The notes: generated by a model not told the origin, from the letters alone. 53,419 bases of DNA from an uncultured Bdellovibrionales bacterium (GCA_964543815.1 CAZIZG010000001.1:182265-235683), one strand, 5' to 3'. Shown: positions 38,022 to 48,305, numbered from the stretch's first letter. Numbers and translations: made by a program.

Positions 38022-40969
38022 TATTTGATTTGATTATTTATCGCTGTTACTGGAAGTTCCTTTTCCATATTTTGACTGCTAAACTTTGCGAATTGGAAAA
38101 AGAGCACTGAGAATGCAACTACCATGACAAGCGGCGCTACCAAGGATGCGAAGTTTCTTCTCCCTGGCCGAAAGAAACGGAGAAGGAGCGAATTGCCCAC
38201 GACAGAAATAGATGAGAGGGCCATGGCGAGACCAGCAAGCTCTGGCTTCAAGACCAGCCCAACCCCGGCAAACACTCGAGCCGCTACTGGAATACCCATC
38301 ACATTGTAGAAGAGAGCGAAAAACATATTCTGTTTGATCTTTGACATGCTCTCTTTGGAAAGCTCAATGGCCGTCACCACATCATGCACATCGCTTCGCA
38401 TGAGGACTATATCTCCTGCTTCCATAGCGACATCGGTTCCCGATCCCATGGCTACGCCTAAATCGGCTTGTGCCAACGCTGGGGCGTCATTAATCCCATC
38501 TCCCACCATAGCGACACGCTTCCCTTGTTCCTGAAGGTTCTTGACGTGCAGAGCCTTGTCTTCAGGGAGTACTTCGGCGAACACATTTGTTACACCAACC
38601 TGCGAAGCTATGGCATTGGCCGTCCGTGCATTGTCTCCCGTGATCATATAGACCTCGATTCCCATATTCAGAAGTTTCTTGACAGCATCTCTTGATGATT
38701 CCTTCACGGTATCAGCAACAGCGACCGCACCGAGAACCTTCTCTCTGGTAGCCAAGATCATAGCGGTTTTCCCTTGTTCTTCCAGGCGCATGAGTTTCCG
38801 GTTGATACGATCGAGTGGAAGCTGAATAACATCTGTGATAAGCCTGCGATTCCCAAAAAAGTACTCCGTATCGCCGATAATTCCTTGCACACCATGTCCC
38901 GGAATAGCTTTGAAGTCGCTTACATCTTCCAAGACACAGCCCTCCTCCTTGGAATATTCGTAGATGGCTTCAGCTAAAGGATGTTCGGAAAGCTTTTCCA
39001 AACTGGCGGCTATTTCAAGAACTTCATCTTCATCGGCATCATTGAAGGTAAGGATGTCGGTCACCTCAGGCTTTCCTTTGGTGAGAGTCCCTGTTTTGTC
39101 GAAGATGACGGCATTGATTTTGCAGGCGGCTTCCAACGCTTCACCACCTTTGATGAGAATCCCGTTCTCCGCACCCTTTCCTGTACCGACCATGAGTGCT
39201 GTCGGCGTTGCCAACCCAAGAGCGCATGGACACGCGATCACAATGACAGCGGTAAAGGCCATGAGAGCAAACGCCAAGGTAGCACCCAAGAAAAAGTACC
39301 AGACGACGAAGGTAAGGATAGCAATTCCAATCACGACCGGAACAAACCAGGCAGAAATGCGGTCAGCAAAGTTCTGAATCGGCGCCTTCGAGCCTTGCGC
39401 TTCCTCAATAAGGCGGATGATTTGAGCCAACGCTGTTTCGCTTCCTATCCGAGTCGCTTCAAACTCAAAGCCACCAGTCTTGTTGACCGTTCCACCAATC
39501 ACCATATCGCCTTCGTTCTTTTCGGCCGGGATGCTTTCTCCGGTAATCATGGATTCATCAACCGCCGAAGATCCTTTCGTGATTTTCCCATCGACAGGGA
39601 TCTTCTCGCCGGGACGGACAATAATAATATCTCCATGAACGACTGCATCTACCGGCACATCGAGTGTTTCACCGTTTCGCATCACCCGAGCTGTCTTGGC
39701 CTGGAGGCCCATGAGTTTTTTAATGGCATCAGAAGTTCTTCCCTTGGTTCGTACCTCGAGCCACTTACCCAGAATGACGAAGGTGATCAGAAAGGCGGCT
39801 GTCTCAAAGTAGAGTTCTGGAATTTTTTCTCCATTCTGACCAATCACACTTCCGTTCTGTACCACATACAGAACGAAGTTAATGAGGCTGTAGAAGAAGG
39901 CGGTCGATGTTCCGATGGCAATCAGACTATCCATGTTGAACGTCTTCATCTTGAGAGCAGACCAAGCACCCTTATAGAATCCGGCGCCGATAATGAACTG
40001 GATCGGAATCGTAAAGAGCAGTGAGAAAACTCCGACATACGGCAAGAGCGTCGTTTTCCCAGGGATTGCGAAGAAGTCGAATAGCATGAAGTAGAGCATC
40101 GGGACGCTCATGGTAAAACCGAAAATGAACTTATTGAAGTAGCTACTGATTTCCTTATCGCGTTTGCGCCGTTCATACTCAGTGTCCTTCGGATCGACTT
40201 CTTCCGCTTTATAACCCGCCTGTGCAACCGCCTGCTTCAAGGAAGCGATCTGGATTTTGTTTTCATCGAATGTGACCAATGCCTTTTCAGCAGCGAAATT
40301 CACACTGGCTTGTTTCACGCCTGGCACCTTTTTGAGCGAACGCTCAATCAGATTTGCACAGGACGAACAGTGCATGCCAAACAATGAAAGGCTGATGCGT
40401 TTATTCGAATCGCGTTGAGCCTCTCCCTGCATATCTTTTTGAGAAGCCAGCGCTGTCCCTCGCGCTTGCACCACATCTCTTCCTTGTGAAAGGTTTCCTC
40501 CAATACCCTGAATACTTCCAACGGTCTTCAGAACATGGTTTACCATGTCTTTCAAGGATGTCTTCTCTTCAGGACTCTCTATCTCAGCCGATTGACTGTT
40601 CGAAATAGTGCCCTCAAAATAGGGTTTTCCAGTTGGGTCTTCCAATATTTTTCCTGTAGCCTCTATTCGTGATTCAATCTTTACCTTGAACGGAACATCA
40701 GTCGCTGTTTTCTTTTCCTGTTTCTCTGGTTCCTCTAAGGAGAGAGCCTCTTCATTTGCAAGGAGAGCCTGATAGCCAGCTTTTTCAACGGCCTTCAGAG
40801 TTTCATCAGGAGAGGTTTGAGAGTCATCCAGAAGAAATGTGCCTTGACCCGTTTTATGATCAATCTTGACCTCGCTTACTCCTGGTAGCACGGAAAGCTC
40901 CTCCCCGATGAGTATCTCGCAGGAATGACAGGTCATGCCGCGGATAGATAATGTTATTCGTTTCGTCAT
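38021..40969 (-). CDS. copA: Copper-translocating P1B-1 ATPase with two HMA domains
   Basis: GMTCHSCE and [11 protein letters not shown] motifs, then [17 protein letters not shown] and GDGINDAP. 982 aa. Confidence 0.95.
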   Translation of the reverse strand: MTKRITLSIRGMTCHSCEILIGEELSVLPGVSEVKIDHKTGQGTFLLDDSQTSPDETLKAVEKAGYQALLANEEALSLEEPEKQEKKTATDVPFKVKIESRIEATGKILEDPTGKPYFEGTISNSQSAEIESPEEKTSLKDMVNHVLKTVGSIQGIGGNLSQGRDVVQARGTALASQKDMQGEAQRDSNKRISLSLFGMHCSSCANLIERSLKKVPGVKQASVNFAAEKALVTFDENKIQIASLKQAVAQAGYKAEEVDPKDTEYERRKRDKEISSYFNKFIFGFTMSVPMLYFMLFDFFAIPGKTTLLPYVGVFSLLFTIPIQFIIGAGFYKGAWSALKMKTFNMDSLIAIGTSTAFFYSLINFVLYVVQNGSVIGQNGEKIPELYFETAAFLITFVILGKWLEVRTKGRTSDAIKKLMGLQAKTARVMRNGETLDVPVDAVVHGDIIIVRPGEKIPVDGKITKGSSAVDESMITGESIPAEKNEGDMVIGGTVNKTGGFEFEATRIGSETALAQIIRLIEEAQGSKAPIQNFADRISAWFVPVVIGIAILTFVVWYFFLGATLAFALMAFTAVIVIACPCALGLATPTALMVGTGKGAENGILIKGGEALEAACKINAVIFDKTGTLTKGKPEVTDILTFNDADEDEVLEIAASLEKLSEHPLAEAIYEYSKEEGCVLEDVSDFKAIPGHGVQGIIGDTEYFFGNRRLITDVIQLPLDRINRKLMRLEEQGKTAMILATREKVLGAVAVADTVKESSRDAVKKLLNMGIEVYMITGDNARTANAIASQVGVTNVFAEVLPEDKALHVKNLQEQGKRVAMVGDGINDAPALAQADLGVAMGSGTDVAMEAGDIVLMRSDVHDVVTAIELSKESMSKIKQNMFFALFYNVMGIPVAARVFAGVGLVLKPELAGLAMALSSISVVGNSLLLRFFRPGRRNFASLVAPLVMVVAFSVLFFQFAKFSSQNMEKELPVTAINNQIK

Positions 40970-40993
40970 ACTCGTAGAATAGTCTTGAGAGAA

Positions 40994-41200
40994 TTAGGCA
41001 GCTGAAACGGCATAGTCGGTTCCTTGAAGTGAAGCCTGTACTTCATCGAGAACGATCACTCTTTCTGAGGTGAGAACAGCCTCGCCGTTTTCTTGGAGCG
41101 CGAAGTCTGTCACACCAGCTATCTTTTTGATTTTAAGCGCTATGACCTTGAAGCAGGATCCGCAGTGCATTCCGCTTACTTTGAAATGGAGAGTATTCAT
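40994..41200 (-). CDS. copZ: CopZ-like HMA metallochaperone
   Basis: MNTLHFKVSGMHCGSC..., 68 aa. The track ORF is trimmed to the ATG at 41200 so that it no longer overlaps the upstream gene. Confidence 0.8.
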   Translation of the reverse strand: MNTLHFKVSGMHCGSCFKVIALKIKKIAGVTDFALQENGEAVLTSERVIVLDEVQASLQGTDYAVSAA

Positions 41201-41234
41201 AAGAGATATATTGAGTACGTTCGGATTATTGTCA

Positions 41235-42608
41235 CTAAGAGTTTTTGGCGACCACTGTGAAGTTGCCACGATACATGCCCATAGAACAGGAAAACGGGAT
41301 TTGTCCGACCTCTTTCGGAGTAAATTCAATCACATTTTCGCCTGCCACCAGATTCTTACGAACGCCAAGCTTGGAGGCAATAATAGTGCTCGCGCAGGTA
41401 AACTGATTGGTAGAATTGACTATCCACTTGACCGGAACTCCCGCTTGAACCGTGAACTGGCTTGGGGAGTAACCATCGGCTGCCTGGGTCATACGAACCA
41501 CTTGCACGCCATTTTCAATCTTCACGCTCGGATCAGCAGACTTTACCGCCACTGCCTCCGTTTCAGCAGCTCTCGTCGAACCGAAGTCCCAGCCAGTCAA
41601 GTTCAGGCCGTTATTGACATTAAAGATGGCCAGCAAGATGACTACTATTCCTGCAAACTTGAAGAAACGCTGAGCAAAGATACCCTTGATCACCGAAGTC
41701 AGCCCACCAATTCCGAGAAGTCCAGGTGCCGTTCCGAGGGCAAAGAGTCCCATGATGAGACTGCCTTGTGCAAAGCTTCCTGTGCTCACAGCGTAGATCT
41801 GCATGGCTTGAGTGAAGCCACAGGGCAGGAAAAAGGTCATAGCACCGAGAACGAACGAATTTTTGTGACTGTATTCTCTTTGCTTGTCACTGATGCCCAG
41901 TAATCGACTGATTCCTTTAGGGAGAGCGAAGCTTACTGTTTCCAGTCGTGGACACACACCTGTCAATTTCAAGCCGAGGAGGAGCATAACGATTCCGACA
42001 GCGATAGTGACGACACCCAGGGTGGTGCCGGAAAGTTGGAGGAACGATCCGAGAGAACCGAGGAGACCTCCCAAAACCGCATAGGAAAGAACTCTTCCGG
42101 CATTGAAGAAGAGGTGTGGCCGAAACTTCTGCATCGGAGTAGCTTCCGGATGTTTTTCGGAATGTCTTGCCGATATTCCAAGAATGAGCCCTCCCACGAG
42201 AGCCAGGCACGTGGAAAAACCAGCGGTCAACCCAATAAGGAGAGCGACTGAAAGACTTGTCGGTTTTGCCGCGTTCCCAATGTTCATGAGATCGGATAGG
42301 CCCGTTTCTTTCAGAAGAAAGTAAAGTCCAAGCACGAAAAGAAACGCAATACCGAGATCCTTGTAATCACTCACGTTGCGACTGAACCACGGTTTCTTCC
42401 CTACCACCCCGATCGTATAACCAGCAGAACGTATGGCATCTTCAATCGCTTGCTTGCTTGGTTTTACCTCGTACGAAATCTCAGCGATACCTCTTTTGTA
42501 ATTGACATGACTCTTCTTGATCTCTGGAATTTCAGAAAGTTTATCTTCGATGAGAATCTCACAAGACCGGCAATGCATTCCCGCAATGGGTACAACAAGT
42601 TTTTGCAT
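41235..42608 (-). CDS. Fusion protein: HMA domain + DsbD_2/TauE-like polytopic membrane domain + C-terminal cupredoxin-like domain
   Basis: MQKLVVPIAGMHCRSCE. TM core with FSTC and FFLPCGF. C-terminus YSPSQFTVQAGVPVKW...FSCSMGMYRGNFTV. The start is set at the ATG at 42608. Confidence 0.7.
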   Translation of the reverse strand: MQKLVVPIAGMHCRSCEILIEDKLSEIPEIKKSHVNYKRGIAEISYEVKPSKQAIEDAIRSAGYTIGVVGKKPWFSRNVSDYKDLGIAFLFVLGLYFLLKETGLSDLMNIGNAAKPTSLSVALLIGLTAGFSTCLALVGGLILGISARHSEKHPEATPMQKFRPHLFFNAGRVLSYAVLGGLLGSLGSFLQLSGTTLGVVTIAVGIVMLLLGLKLTGVCPRLETVSFALPKGISRLLGISDKQREYSHKNSFVLGAMTFFLPCGFTQAMQIYAVSTGSFAQGSLIMGLFALGTAPGLLGIGGLTSVIKGIFAQRFFKFAGIVVILLAIFNVNNGLNLTGWDFGSTRAAETEAVAVKSADPSVKIENGVQVVRMTQAADGYSPSQFTVQAGVPVKWIVNSTNQFTCASTIIASKLGVRKNLVAGENVIEFTPKEVGQIPFSCSMGMYRGNFTVVAKNS

Positions 42609-42732
42609 AGGATAGATTTGTTTGAAGACTAAAATCCATTTCTGTGTAGTGAAATGGTTACAAAAAACGCCAGTGAAAGAAGTGAGTATCATCTCAAACG
42701 AGAAAATCACCCTCTCTGGCGTTTCAACAAAT

Positions 42733-43152
42733 CTATTCTTTTTTGGCTACGGAAAGTAGAACCTCTGTGAGAAGAGGTGGTCCAGGAGGCGACGAATTAA
42801 CAAAACCCGACTCGTCAATTGGCAGGTATGCTACCGAATCCCAATGGGTGATTGCTAAAACAGGGAGTTCGCTAGAACCATTTACTTTTTTCACTGTCCC
42901 TGTTTTTGATATTGAGTTTCCACAGGAGATCGTACAACCATTGATGCTCTTCGAGGTTGAGTCACAGGTAGCACAACCAGGATTTACTTGATTGCTCTCC
43001 TCTGTATTCTCGTAGCCCGATGCCCCTCCCATATCTGACATCTGCATATGGGAGGCCGCAGACACCCCCATAGGAAAAGCACAGAAGCCGCTTGCAAAGA
43101 AAGCGAAAGCCGCAATAAAGCCGAAAGAAGCAATTTTCTTTGAAGTTTTCAT
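42733..43152 (-). CDS. Secreted Cys-containing hypothetical protein
   Basis: Signal-peptide-like N-terminus (MKTSKKIASFGFIAAFAFFASG). The mature part carries CATCDS...CTISC. First gene of the minus-strand metal block. Confidence 0.45.
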   Translation of the reverse strand: MKTSKKIASFGFIAAFAFFASGFCAFPMGVSAASHMQMSDMGGASGYENTEESNQVNPGCATCDSTSKSINGCTISCGNSISKTGTVKKVNGSSELPVLAITHWDSVAYLPIDESGFVNSSPPGPPLLTEVLLSVAKKE

Positions 43153-43446
43153 AAACACTTACACTATACTACTTTTTTCCGATTATCTCAAGGGGAAGGA
43201 AATTTATATTTACTCTAAGTGCTCTTCACCATCTGCGTCTTCGTAAACGCCCTAAACACACCCTGAGCGAAGACTGAACCACGTCTCCGTTAGACATTAT
43301 GATGTAAGCCGTACTTTGCTGGCAAGTGTCATAGAGATCTTTGTTTTCCTCAATGGAAGACCCAAATGAGATGAGTCATCTTATTCAGGTGTAGTACAAA
43401 ATGTGAGGGAATGTCAACGCATGGCTATAGTTATCCACCGCCCCGC

Positions 43447-43476
43447 TTGACGGTTCATACATGATCCCCATATACT
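43447..43476 (+). promoter_or_regulatory. Sigma70-like promoter in the 470-nt gap before the ParB-methylase gene
   Basis: TTGACG (43447-43452), an 18-nt spacer, then TATACT (43471-43476). Confidence 0.35.
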
Positions 43477-43558
43477 AGACATACAACTTAGAGATATAAC
43501 TTCTGCAGTCGTCCTCTTCAATTCTCGAAGAGAGACGTAGGTGAACAAGATTTTTCTT

Positions 43559-43626
43559 GGGCGCAGGCAGAGTTACTTGATCGGCTTTTTATAAGCTTGT
43601 CAGCTAACTCCGTCTGCGCCCTTTTT
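43559..43626 (+). terminator. Large hairpin plus T-run just upstream of the ParB-methylase start
   Basis: GGGCGCAGGCAGAG...35 nt...CTCCGTCTGCGCCC. 14 positions with one mismatch and one G-U, followed by TTTTTATTT. Confidence 0.45.
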
Positions 43627-43652
43627 ATTTGTTAATCATTATCCATAACCAT

Positions 43653-44984
43653 ATGGAAAAGAAAGAATTGGAGATCCAGTATCTCCCCATCGCATCTCTC
43701 CGCCCCGCGGAATACAACCCTCGCAAGCACTCGAAAGAGGCACTCGAGGAATTGAAGAAGTCGCTGTCACGTTTCGGTGCCATTGATCCAATCATTCTGA
43801 ACGGTGCTCCGAACCGGATGAATGTCGTTATTGGTGGCCACATGCGCTTGAAGGCGCTCAAAGAATTGGGCGAAAAGAATGTACCGGTGGTCTACATTAA
43901 CCTGCCAGATATTGAGAAGGAAAAAGAATTGAATATCCGGCTTAACAAGAACACTGGTGAGTTTGATTGGGATCTCCTTACTGACTTCGGCGAGAGCTTC
44001 CTCAAAGAGGTTGGCTTCTCTTCTGAAGAGCTCGACGATATCTTTGCGGTTGAAGGAAGTCCGGAAACCTTCGACCTGAAGAAAGAACTCGAGAAACTCG
44101 ATATCAAAGAGATCAACATCAAGAAAGGCGATGTCTACGATTTGGATGGCTCACGCCTCATGTGCGGAGATTCAACCATTGAAGCCGACATGTTAAAGCT
44201 CATGGAAAATGAGAGAGCTGATATGGTGCTGACCGATCCGCCTTACATCCTCGATTATCTACACGGCAAGAAAAAGAACGGCAAGGCGACTGAAGGATTC
44301 GGAGCCAAACGTGATCGTCGTTACCTCGAAACGGATTCCTTGCCGGATAACTTCACCGAGCTTTGGATGGAAAACATTTCAAAGATCGCTAAGCCCGACT
44401 TCCACATCATCGTGTACGAAAACTGGAAGAACATTCGGACGATTTGGGGAGCCATGGAGAAGTACTGGAAAGTGAAGAATATGATCGTATGGCATCTCCC
44501 CAATCGAATGCAGGGATTTGCTGCCAAGTACAAGCTCTTCTCCAAACACGATATCGCTATGGTTGGATCATCGGAAGAAGCACGTGGCTTCAACCTCGCT
44601 CCGGAGGAAGAGCTCCTTCAAAACGAATACGAAACTGCTCTCTATGCCATTCAAGGAAAGCCCCAATGGGAAGGCTATGAGAAAGGAAAAAGAATCTGCC
44701 CAACCGATTTCATCGACTACAAAGCCGCTGATGAGAAATCTTCCGGCCAAGGCATCATCTTCGGTACCAAGCCAATTGAGATCCTTATTCCCTACATCAA
44801 GGTTCTGACCAAGCGGGGCGATCTCATCGTTGAACCCTTCGGCGGTTCAGGCTCCACCCTTATTGCTTCTACGACAATGAATCGAAGGTGCTTCCTCATG
44901 GAGAAATCTCCAGTCTATGCGGAGGTCATAAAGAGGAGATGGGAAAAACTAACCGGTAAGAAAGCTAAGCTCTATGTACGCTAA
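43653..44984 (+). CDS. ParB-like nuclease domain fused to an N6A/N4C DNA methyltransferase
   Basis: ParBc-like segment LRPAEYNPRKH...VIGGHMRL. MTase motif IV VLTDPPY and motif I EPFGGSGST. The track start at 43629 is a TTG, so the ATG at 43653 is preferred. Confidence 0.85.
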   Translation: MEKKELEIQYLPIASLRPAEYNPRKHSKEALEELKKSLSRFGAIDPIILNGAPNRMNVVIGGHMRLKALKELGEKNVPVVYINLPDIEKEKELNIRLNKNTGEFDWDLLTDFGESFLKEVGFSSEELDDIFAVEGSPETFDLKKELEKLDIKEINIKKGDVYDLDGSRLMCGDSTIEADMLKLMENERADMVLTDPPYILDYLHGKKKNGKATEGFGAKRDRRYLETDSLPDNFTELWMENISKIAKPDFHIIVYENWKNIRTIWGAMEKYWKVKNMIVWHLPNRMQGFAAKYKLFSKHDIAMVGSSEEARGFNLAPEEELLQNEYETALYAIQGKPQWEGYEKGKRICPTDFIDYKAADEKSSGQGIIFGTKPIEILIPYIKVLTKRGDLIVEPFGGSGSTLIASTTMNRRCFLMEKSPVYAEVIKRRWEKLTGKKAKLYVR

Positions 44985-45387
44985 ACAACAAGCGTCGATT
45001 GATCGGCGCATGGAAAAGCAAAAGAAAGATATTCTGGAAGCGCTGCAGAAGACGCCAGTGGTTCATGTTGCTTGCGAGCGTTCCGGTGTGAGCAAAGCCA
45101 CCTTCTATCGGTGGAGAGAGAAAGATCCTGCTTTTGAGAAGGGCTCCAATGAAGCACTCAAGGCAGGGAAAGAACTCATCAATGACATGGCAATTTCTCA
45201 GCTCATTTCAGCGATCAAAGACAAGAACTTGGGTGCGATTAAGTTCTGGCTCTCGAACCACCATCCAGACTTCAAGACCAAGGTCGAAATCGGCGGACGG
45301 ATAGAAATGATCGAGGAACTCTCTCCAGAGGAACGGATCATGGTCAGTGAGGCGCTGAAGCTCGCTGGCTTAACCCCAGAGCTATGA
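44974..45387 (+). CDS. Small terminase-like HTH protein
   Basis: ACERSGVSKATFYRWREKDPAFEK is an HTH typical of phage small terminase / phBC6A51-type homeodomain proteins. Overlaps both neighbouring genes. Confidence 0.6.
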   Translation: MYAKQQASIDRRMEKQKKDILEALQKTPVVHVACERSGVSKATFYRWREKDPAFEKGSNEALKAGKELINDMAISQLISAIKDKNLGAIKFWLSNHHPDFKTKVEIGGRIEMIEELSPEERIMVSEALKLAGLTPEL

Positions 45388-46868
45388 GGACTAAACCAAG
45401 AACCTTAGAAGAGATTATCCGTAACCGCAAGGTACGGCGAAAACTTTCTCAGGAGAGCTTCTACATGTTCTTCTATATCTACTTCTCGCACTATGTGAAG
45501 TATGCGACTGCTCCCTTTCAAAAGGAAATGTTCAATCTGCTTGAAGATGAAGCTCATCAGACCCTCGTCTTCGTTGCCTTTCGCGGTTCAGGAAAATCCA
45601 CCATTGTCACCATGGCCTATGTCCTCTGGTCAATCCTGGGTAAGCAGCAGAAAAAGTATGTGGTCATCGCCGGACAAACCCAGTGGCAAGCTCGTCAGCA
45701 TCTTCAGAACATCAAGGCTGAGCTCGAGAGAAATCCTTTACTTCGGAATGATCTTGGACCTTTTCAGGAAGAGAGCGCTGAGTGGGGTTCCTTTTCTTTG
45801 GTCCTCTTGAACTTCGAAGCCAAGATTGCTGCGGCTTCCACCGAGCAGAGTATCCGTGGTACCCGGTATGGTGCGCATCGTCCCGATCTCATCGTCTGCG
45901 ATGACGTGGAAGACTTAGCTTCGGTAAAGACGCTAGAAAGCAGAGACAAGACCTTTCGCTGGTTTACGGGTGAAGTCCTGCCTTCAGGCGATCTCGATAC
46001 GCGGGTGATAGTCGTCGGTAACCTCCTCCATGAAGATTCGCTCATCGTGCGTCTCAAGAAAAGCATCGAAGCTGGAGAACTCACTGGGCTCTTCCGAGAG
46101 TATCCGCTACTGGATGATTCCGGTGTTTCCCTCTGGCCCGGTAAATTCCCTGATGCCGTCTCGATCCAAACCGAGAAGAAAAAGATCGGCAGCCGCAATG
46201 CTTGGATGCGCGAGTACCTGCTTCTCATTATTCCCGAAGACGATCAGGTGGTTCTTGCTGAATGGATTACCTACTACGATGAGATGCCGAGCATAGACGA
46301 TCTTTCCTATCGCTATACGATAGCGGCCATCGATCTCGCCATCTCCGAAAGTACGAGCGCAGACTACACGGCCATACCGGTCGCTCGAGTCTTTGGTTAC
46401 GACAAGAAGATGCGAATCTACATCCTGCCGCATCCGATCAATCAGCGGATCAACTTTCCTCAGCAACTGGAAGTTATCAAGGGTCTGTATCTGGAACATA
46501 ACAAGCGGATCACGTTTTTGGTCGAGATTAATGGCTATCAGAAAGTGATGCTCCAAACACTGGAGAAAGAAGGCTATCCGGTCAAGGGCGTACAGCACAG
46601 CAGCGACAAACGGGTCCGCCTTTCTCTCATCACGCCTCAGCTAAAAAACGGTGTGGTGCTTTTCCCGAGAAATGGAGCAGATATCCTCATCCGGCAACTA
46701 GTGGGGTTTAAGGCAGAAAAACATGACGATTTGGCGGATGCATTTACGATGCTTATTGATTACTGCGTACAGAAAAATGGACGCTCTATGTCAGAAACTC
46801 TTGAAGAATTCGCCCGACTCAATCAACGTATCAAACGCTCTGAGAGTCTGCTCTACAAGCAGTTCTAA
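45384..46868 (+). CDS. Phage terminase large subunit
   Basis: Walker A AFRGSGKST, Walker B LIVCDDVED and a C-terminal RNase-H-like nuclease part (AAIDLAIS...ADYTAI, KHDDLADAF). Confidence 0.85.
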   Translation: MRTKPRTLEEIIRNRKVRRKLSQESFYMFFYIYFSHYVKYATAPFQKEMFNLLEDEAHQTLVFVAFRGSGKSTIVTMAYVLWSILGKQQKKYVVIAGQTQWQARQHLQNIKAELERNPLLRNDLGPFQEESAEWGSFSLVLLNFEAKIAAASTEQSIRGTRYGAHRPDLIVCDDVEDLASVKTLESRDKTFRWFTGEVLPSGDLDTRVIVVGNLLHEDSLIVRLKKSIEAGELTGLFREYPLLDDSGVSLWPGKFPDAVSIQTEKKKIGSRNAWMREYLLLIIPEDDQVVLAEWITYYDEMPSIDDLSYRYTIAAIDLAISESTSADYTAIPVARVFGYDKKMRIYILPHPINQRINFPQQLEVIKGLYLEHNKRITFLVEINGYQKVMLQTLEKEGYPVKGVQHSSDKRVRLSLITPQLKNGVVLFPRNGADILIRQLVGFKAEKHDDLADAFTMLIDYCVQKNGRSMSETLEEFARLNQRIKRSESLLYKQF

Positions 46869-46955
46869 GAAGCTTGTTAGGGACAACTTAGGAAGGTTTT
46901 AAGGGCTTTTTGAGAGGTCTGGACTTGTTTAGGAGTACGCGTCATTGATGTATGT

Positions 46956-48305
46956 ATGGATACCATGCAAATTCAGGGCAATACTACCAGACAACAAATC
47001 CCGGTAAAAGTGAAGTACTGCCTGTACGCCAGAAAAAGCAGCGAGTCAGAGGAACGCCAGGTTCTCTCTATCGACTCACAGATTAAAGAAATGCTTCAGC
47101 TGGCTGACCGTGAAGGGCTTGAGGTCATCACGATGAAGCGCGAATCTCACTCAGCTAAAGAAACTGGGCAACGACCCGTCTTCAACGAAATCGTCGATGA
47201 ACTTCGGGAAGGAAAGTTCAACGGCATCCTCACCTGGGCCCCAGATCGCATCTCGCGTAACGCTGGTGACCTTGGGAAAATTGTCGATCTGATGGATGCC
47301 GGAAAGCTTGCTGAGATCAGGACCTTCAGCCAGGTATTCACAAACAATCCCAATGAGAAGTTTCTCCTGATGATTCTTGGCTCGCAGGCCAAGCTCGAGA
47401 ATGACAACCGGGGGATAAATGTAAAACGTGGACTCAGGACAAGGGTCGAGATGGGGCTCTGGCCCGGAGTCGCACCCCTCGGCTATCTGAATCAAAAACA
47501 CATCGAGAAGAAGTGTCAGATCATTGTTGATCCCGAACGCGCTCCTGTAGTGAAAAAAATGTTCGAGAAGATGGCGTACGAAAAGTGGTCCGGTCGAAAG
47601 ATCTACCACTGGCTCAAGTTTGAGCTCAACTTCAAAAGCACAGGAAATCATCATGTGGCTCTCGGCAATCTCTTCCGCATTCTTCAAAACCCCATCTACT
47701 ACGGCCCCTTCGAGTATCCGAGGGGTTCCGGTAACTGGTATCAGGGAAAGCACGAGCCAATCATCAGCAAAGAGCTTTTTGATAAAGCTCAGGAGCAGTT
47801 AAAACGCGACAAGATCGTCCGCCAAAGTAGAGAGTTTGCCTTTACCAAACTTATGCTATGCGGATTGTGTGGATCAGGCATCTCTGCTGAAGAGAAGTAC
47901 AAGCAACTCAAAGATGGTTCAGTTGTGAAGTACATTTACTATGGCTGTGGACGATCAAAGGATCGCCACTGCAAAAATCCGTACCTCAGGGAAGAAGAGT
48001 TAACTGAACAGCTCATAAAGATCATGGATCAAATCGATCTTAATCAGACTGGGGTGCAACACAAGTTCGAGGAAGAATTGAAAAGGTATAACAAGTTCAA
48101 CCGTGGCGTTCTCGGGATTAGAAATCAAATCAAAGATCATGAGGCCCTTGATCTGCGTACCTATGCAAAGTACATCCTCCGAGATGGAACGAATGAAGAG
48201 AAACGAGAGTTAATGGGATGCTTTAAGTCCCAGATCAAAATAAGGAAGCACATCGTTACTATTGACCAAGAAAAGCCATGGAACCACCCTAGAATTGAGG
48301 ATTGA
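46956..48305 (+). CDS. Large serine recombinase
   Basis: Resolvase catalytic domain YARKSSESEERQVLSIDSQ, a recombinase domain and a Zn-ribbon CGLCGS...YYGCGRSKDRHC. 449 aa. Confidence 0.9.
   Translation: MDTMQIQGNTTRQQIPVKVKYCLYARKSSESEERQVLSIDSQIKEMLQLADREGLEVITMKRESHSAKETGQRPVFNEIVDELREGKFNGILTWAPDRISRNAGDLGKIVDLMDAGKLAEIRTFSQVFTNNPNEKFLLMILGSQAKLENDNRGINVKRGLRTRVEMGLWPGVAPLGYLNQKHIEKKCQIIVDPERAPVVKKMFEKMAYEKWSGRKIYHWLKFELNFKSTGNHHVALGNLFRILQNPIYYGPFEYPRGSGNWYQGKHEPIISKELFDKAQEQLKRDKIVRQSREFAFTKLMLCGLCGSGISAEEKYKQLKDGSVVKYIYYGCGRSKDRHCKNPYLREEELTEQLIKIMDQIDLNQTGVQHKFEEELKRYNKFNRGVLGIRNQIKDHEALDLRTYAKYILRDGTNEEKRELMGCFKSQIKIRKHIVTIDQEKPWNHPRIED

Larger units (their letters stand above)
43653..48305 (+). 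mobile_element. Phage-derived module (ParB-MTase, TerS-like, TerL, large serine recombinase), likely a prophage remnant or integrative satellite-like element
   Basis: Four co-oriented, tightly packed or overlapping genes of phage type. No capsid, portal or tail genes in the window. Boundaries are not defined by repeats. Confidence 0.5.

Noticed and set aside
38981-40024. Long antisense or shadow ORFs in the track. Examples: 38981-40024 (+, 347 aa), 41070-41903 (+, 277 aa), 25737-26627 (+, 296 aa, alternate frame of clpC), 21945-22511 (+), 8452-8961 (+), 5306-5821 (+), 35648-36181 (+), 47151-47753 (-) and 46107-46598 (-)
   Set aside because: Each lies entirely within, or opposite to, a gene with strong family motifs. 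Their translations are low-complexity (S/P/R-rich or hydrophobic runs) with no motifs.
43625-43861. 78-aa minus-strand ORF at the left edge of the phage module
   Set aside because: It is antisense to the well-supported ParB domain coding region and has no motif.
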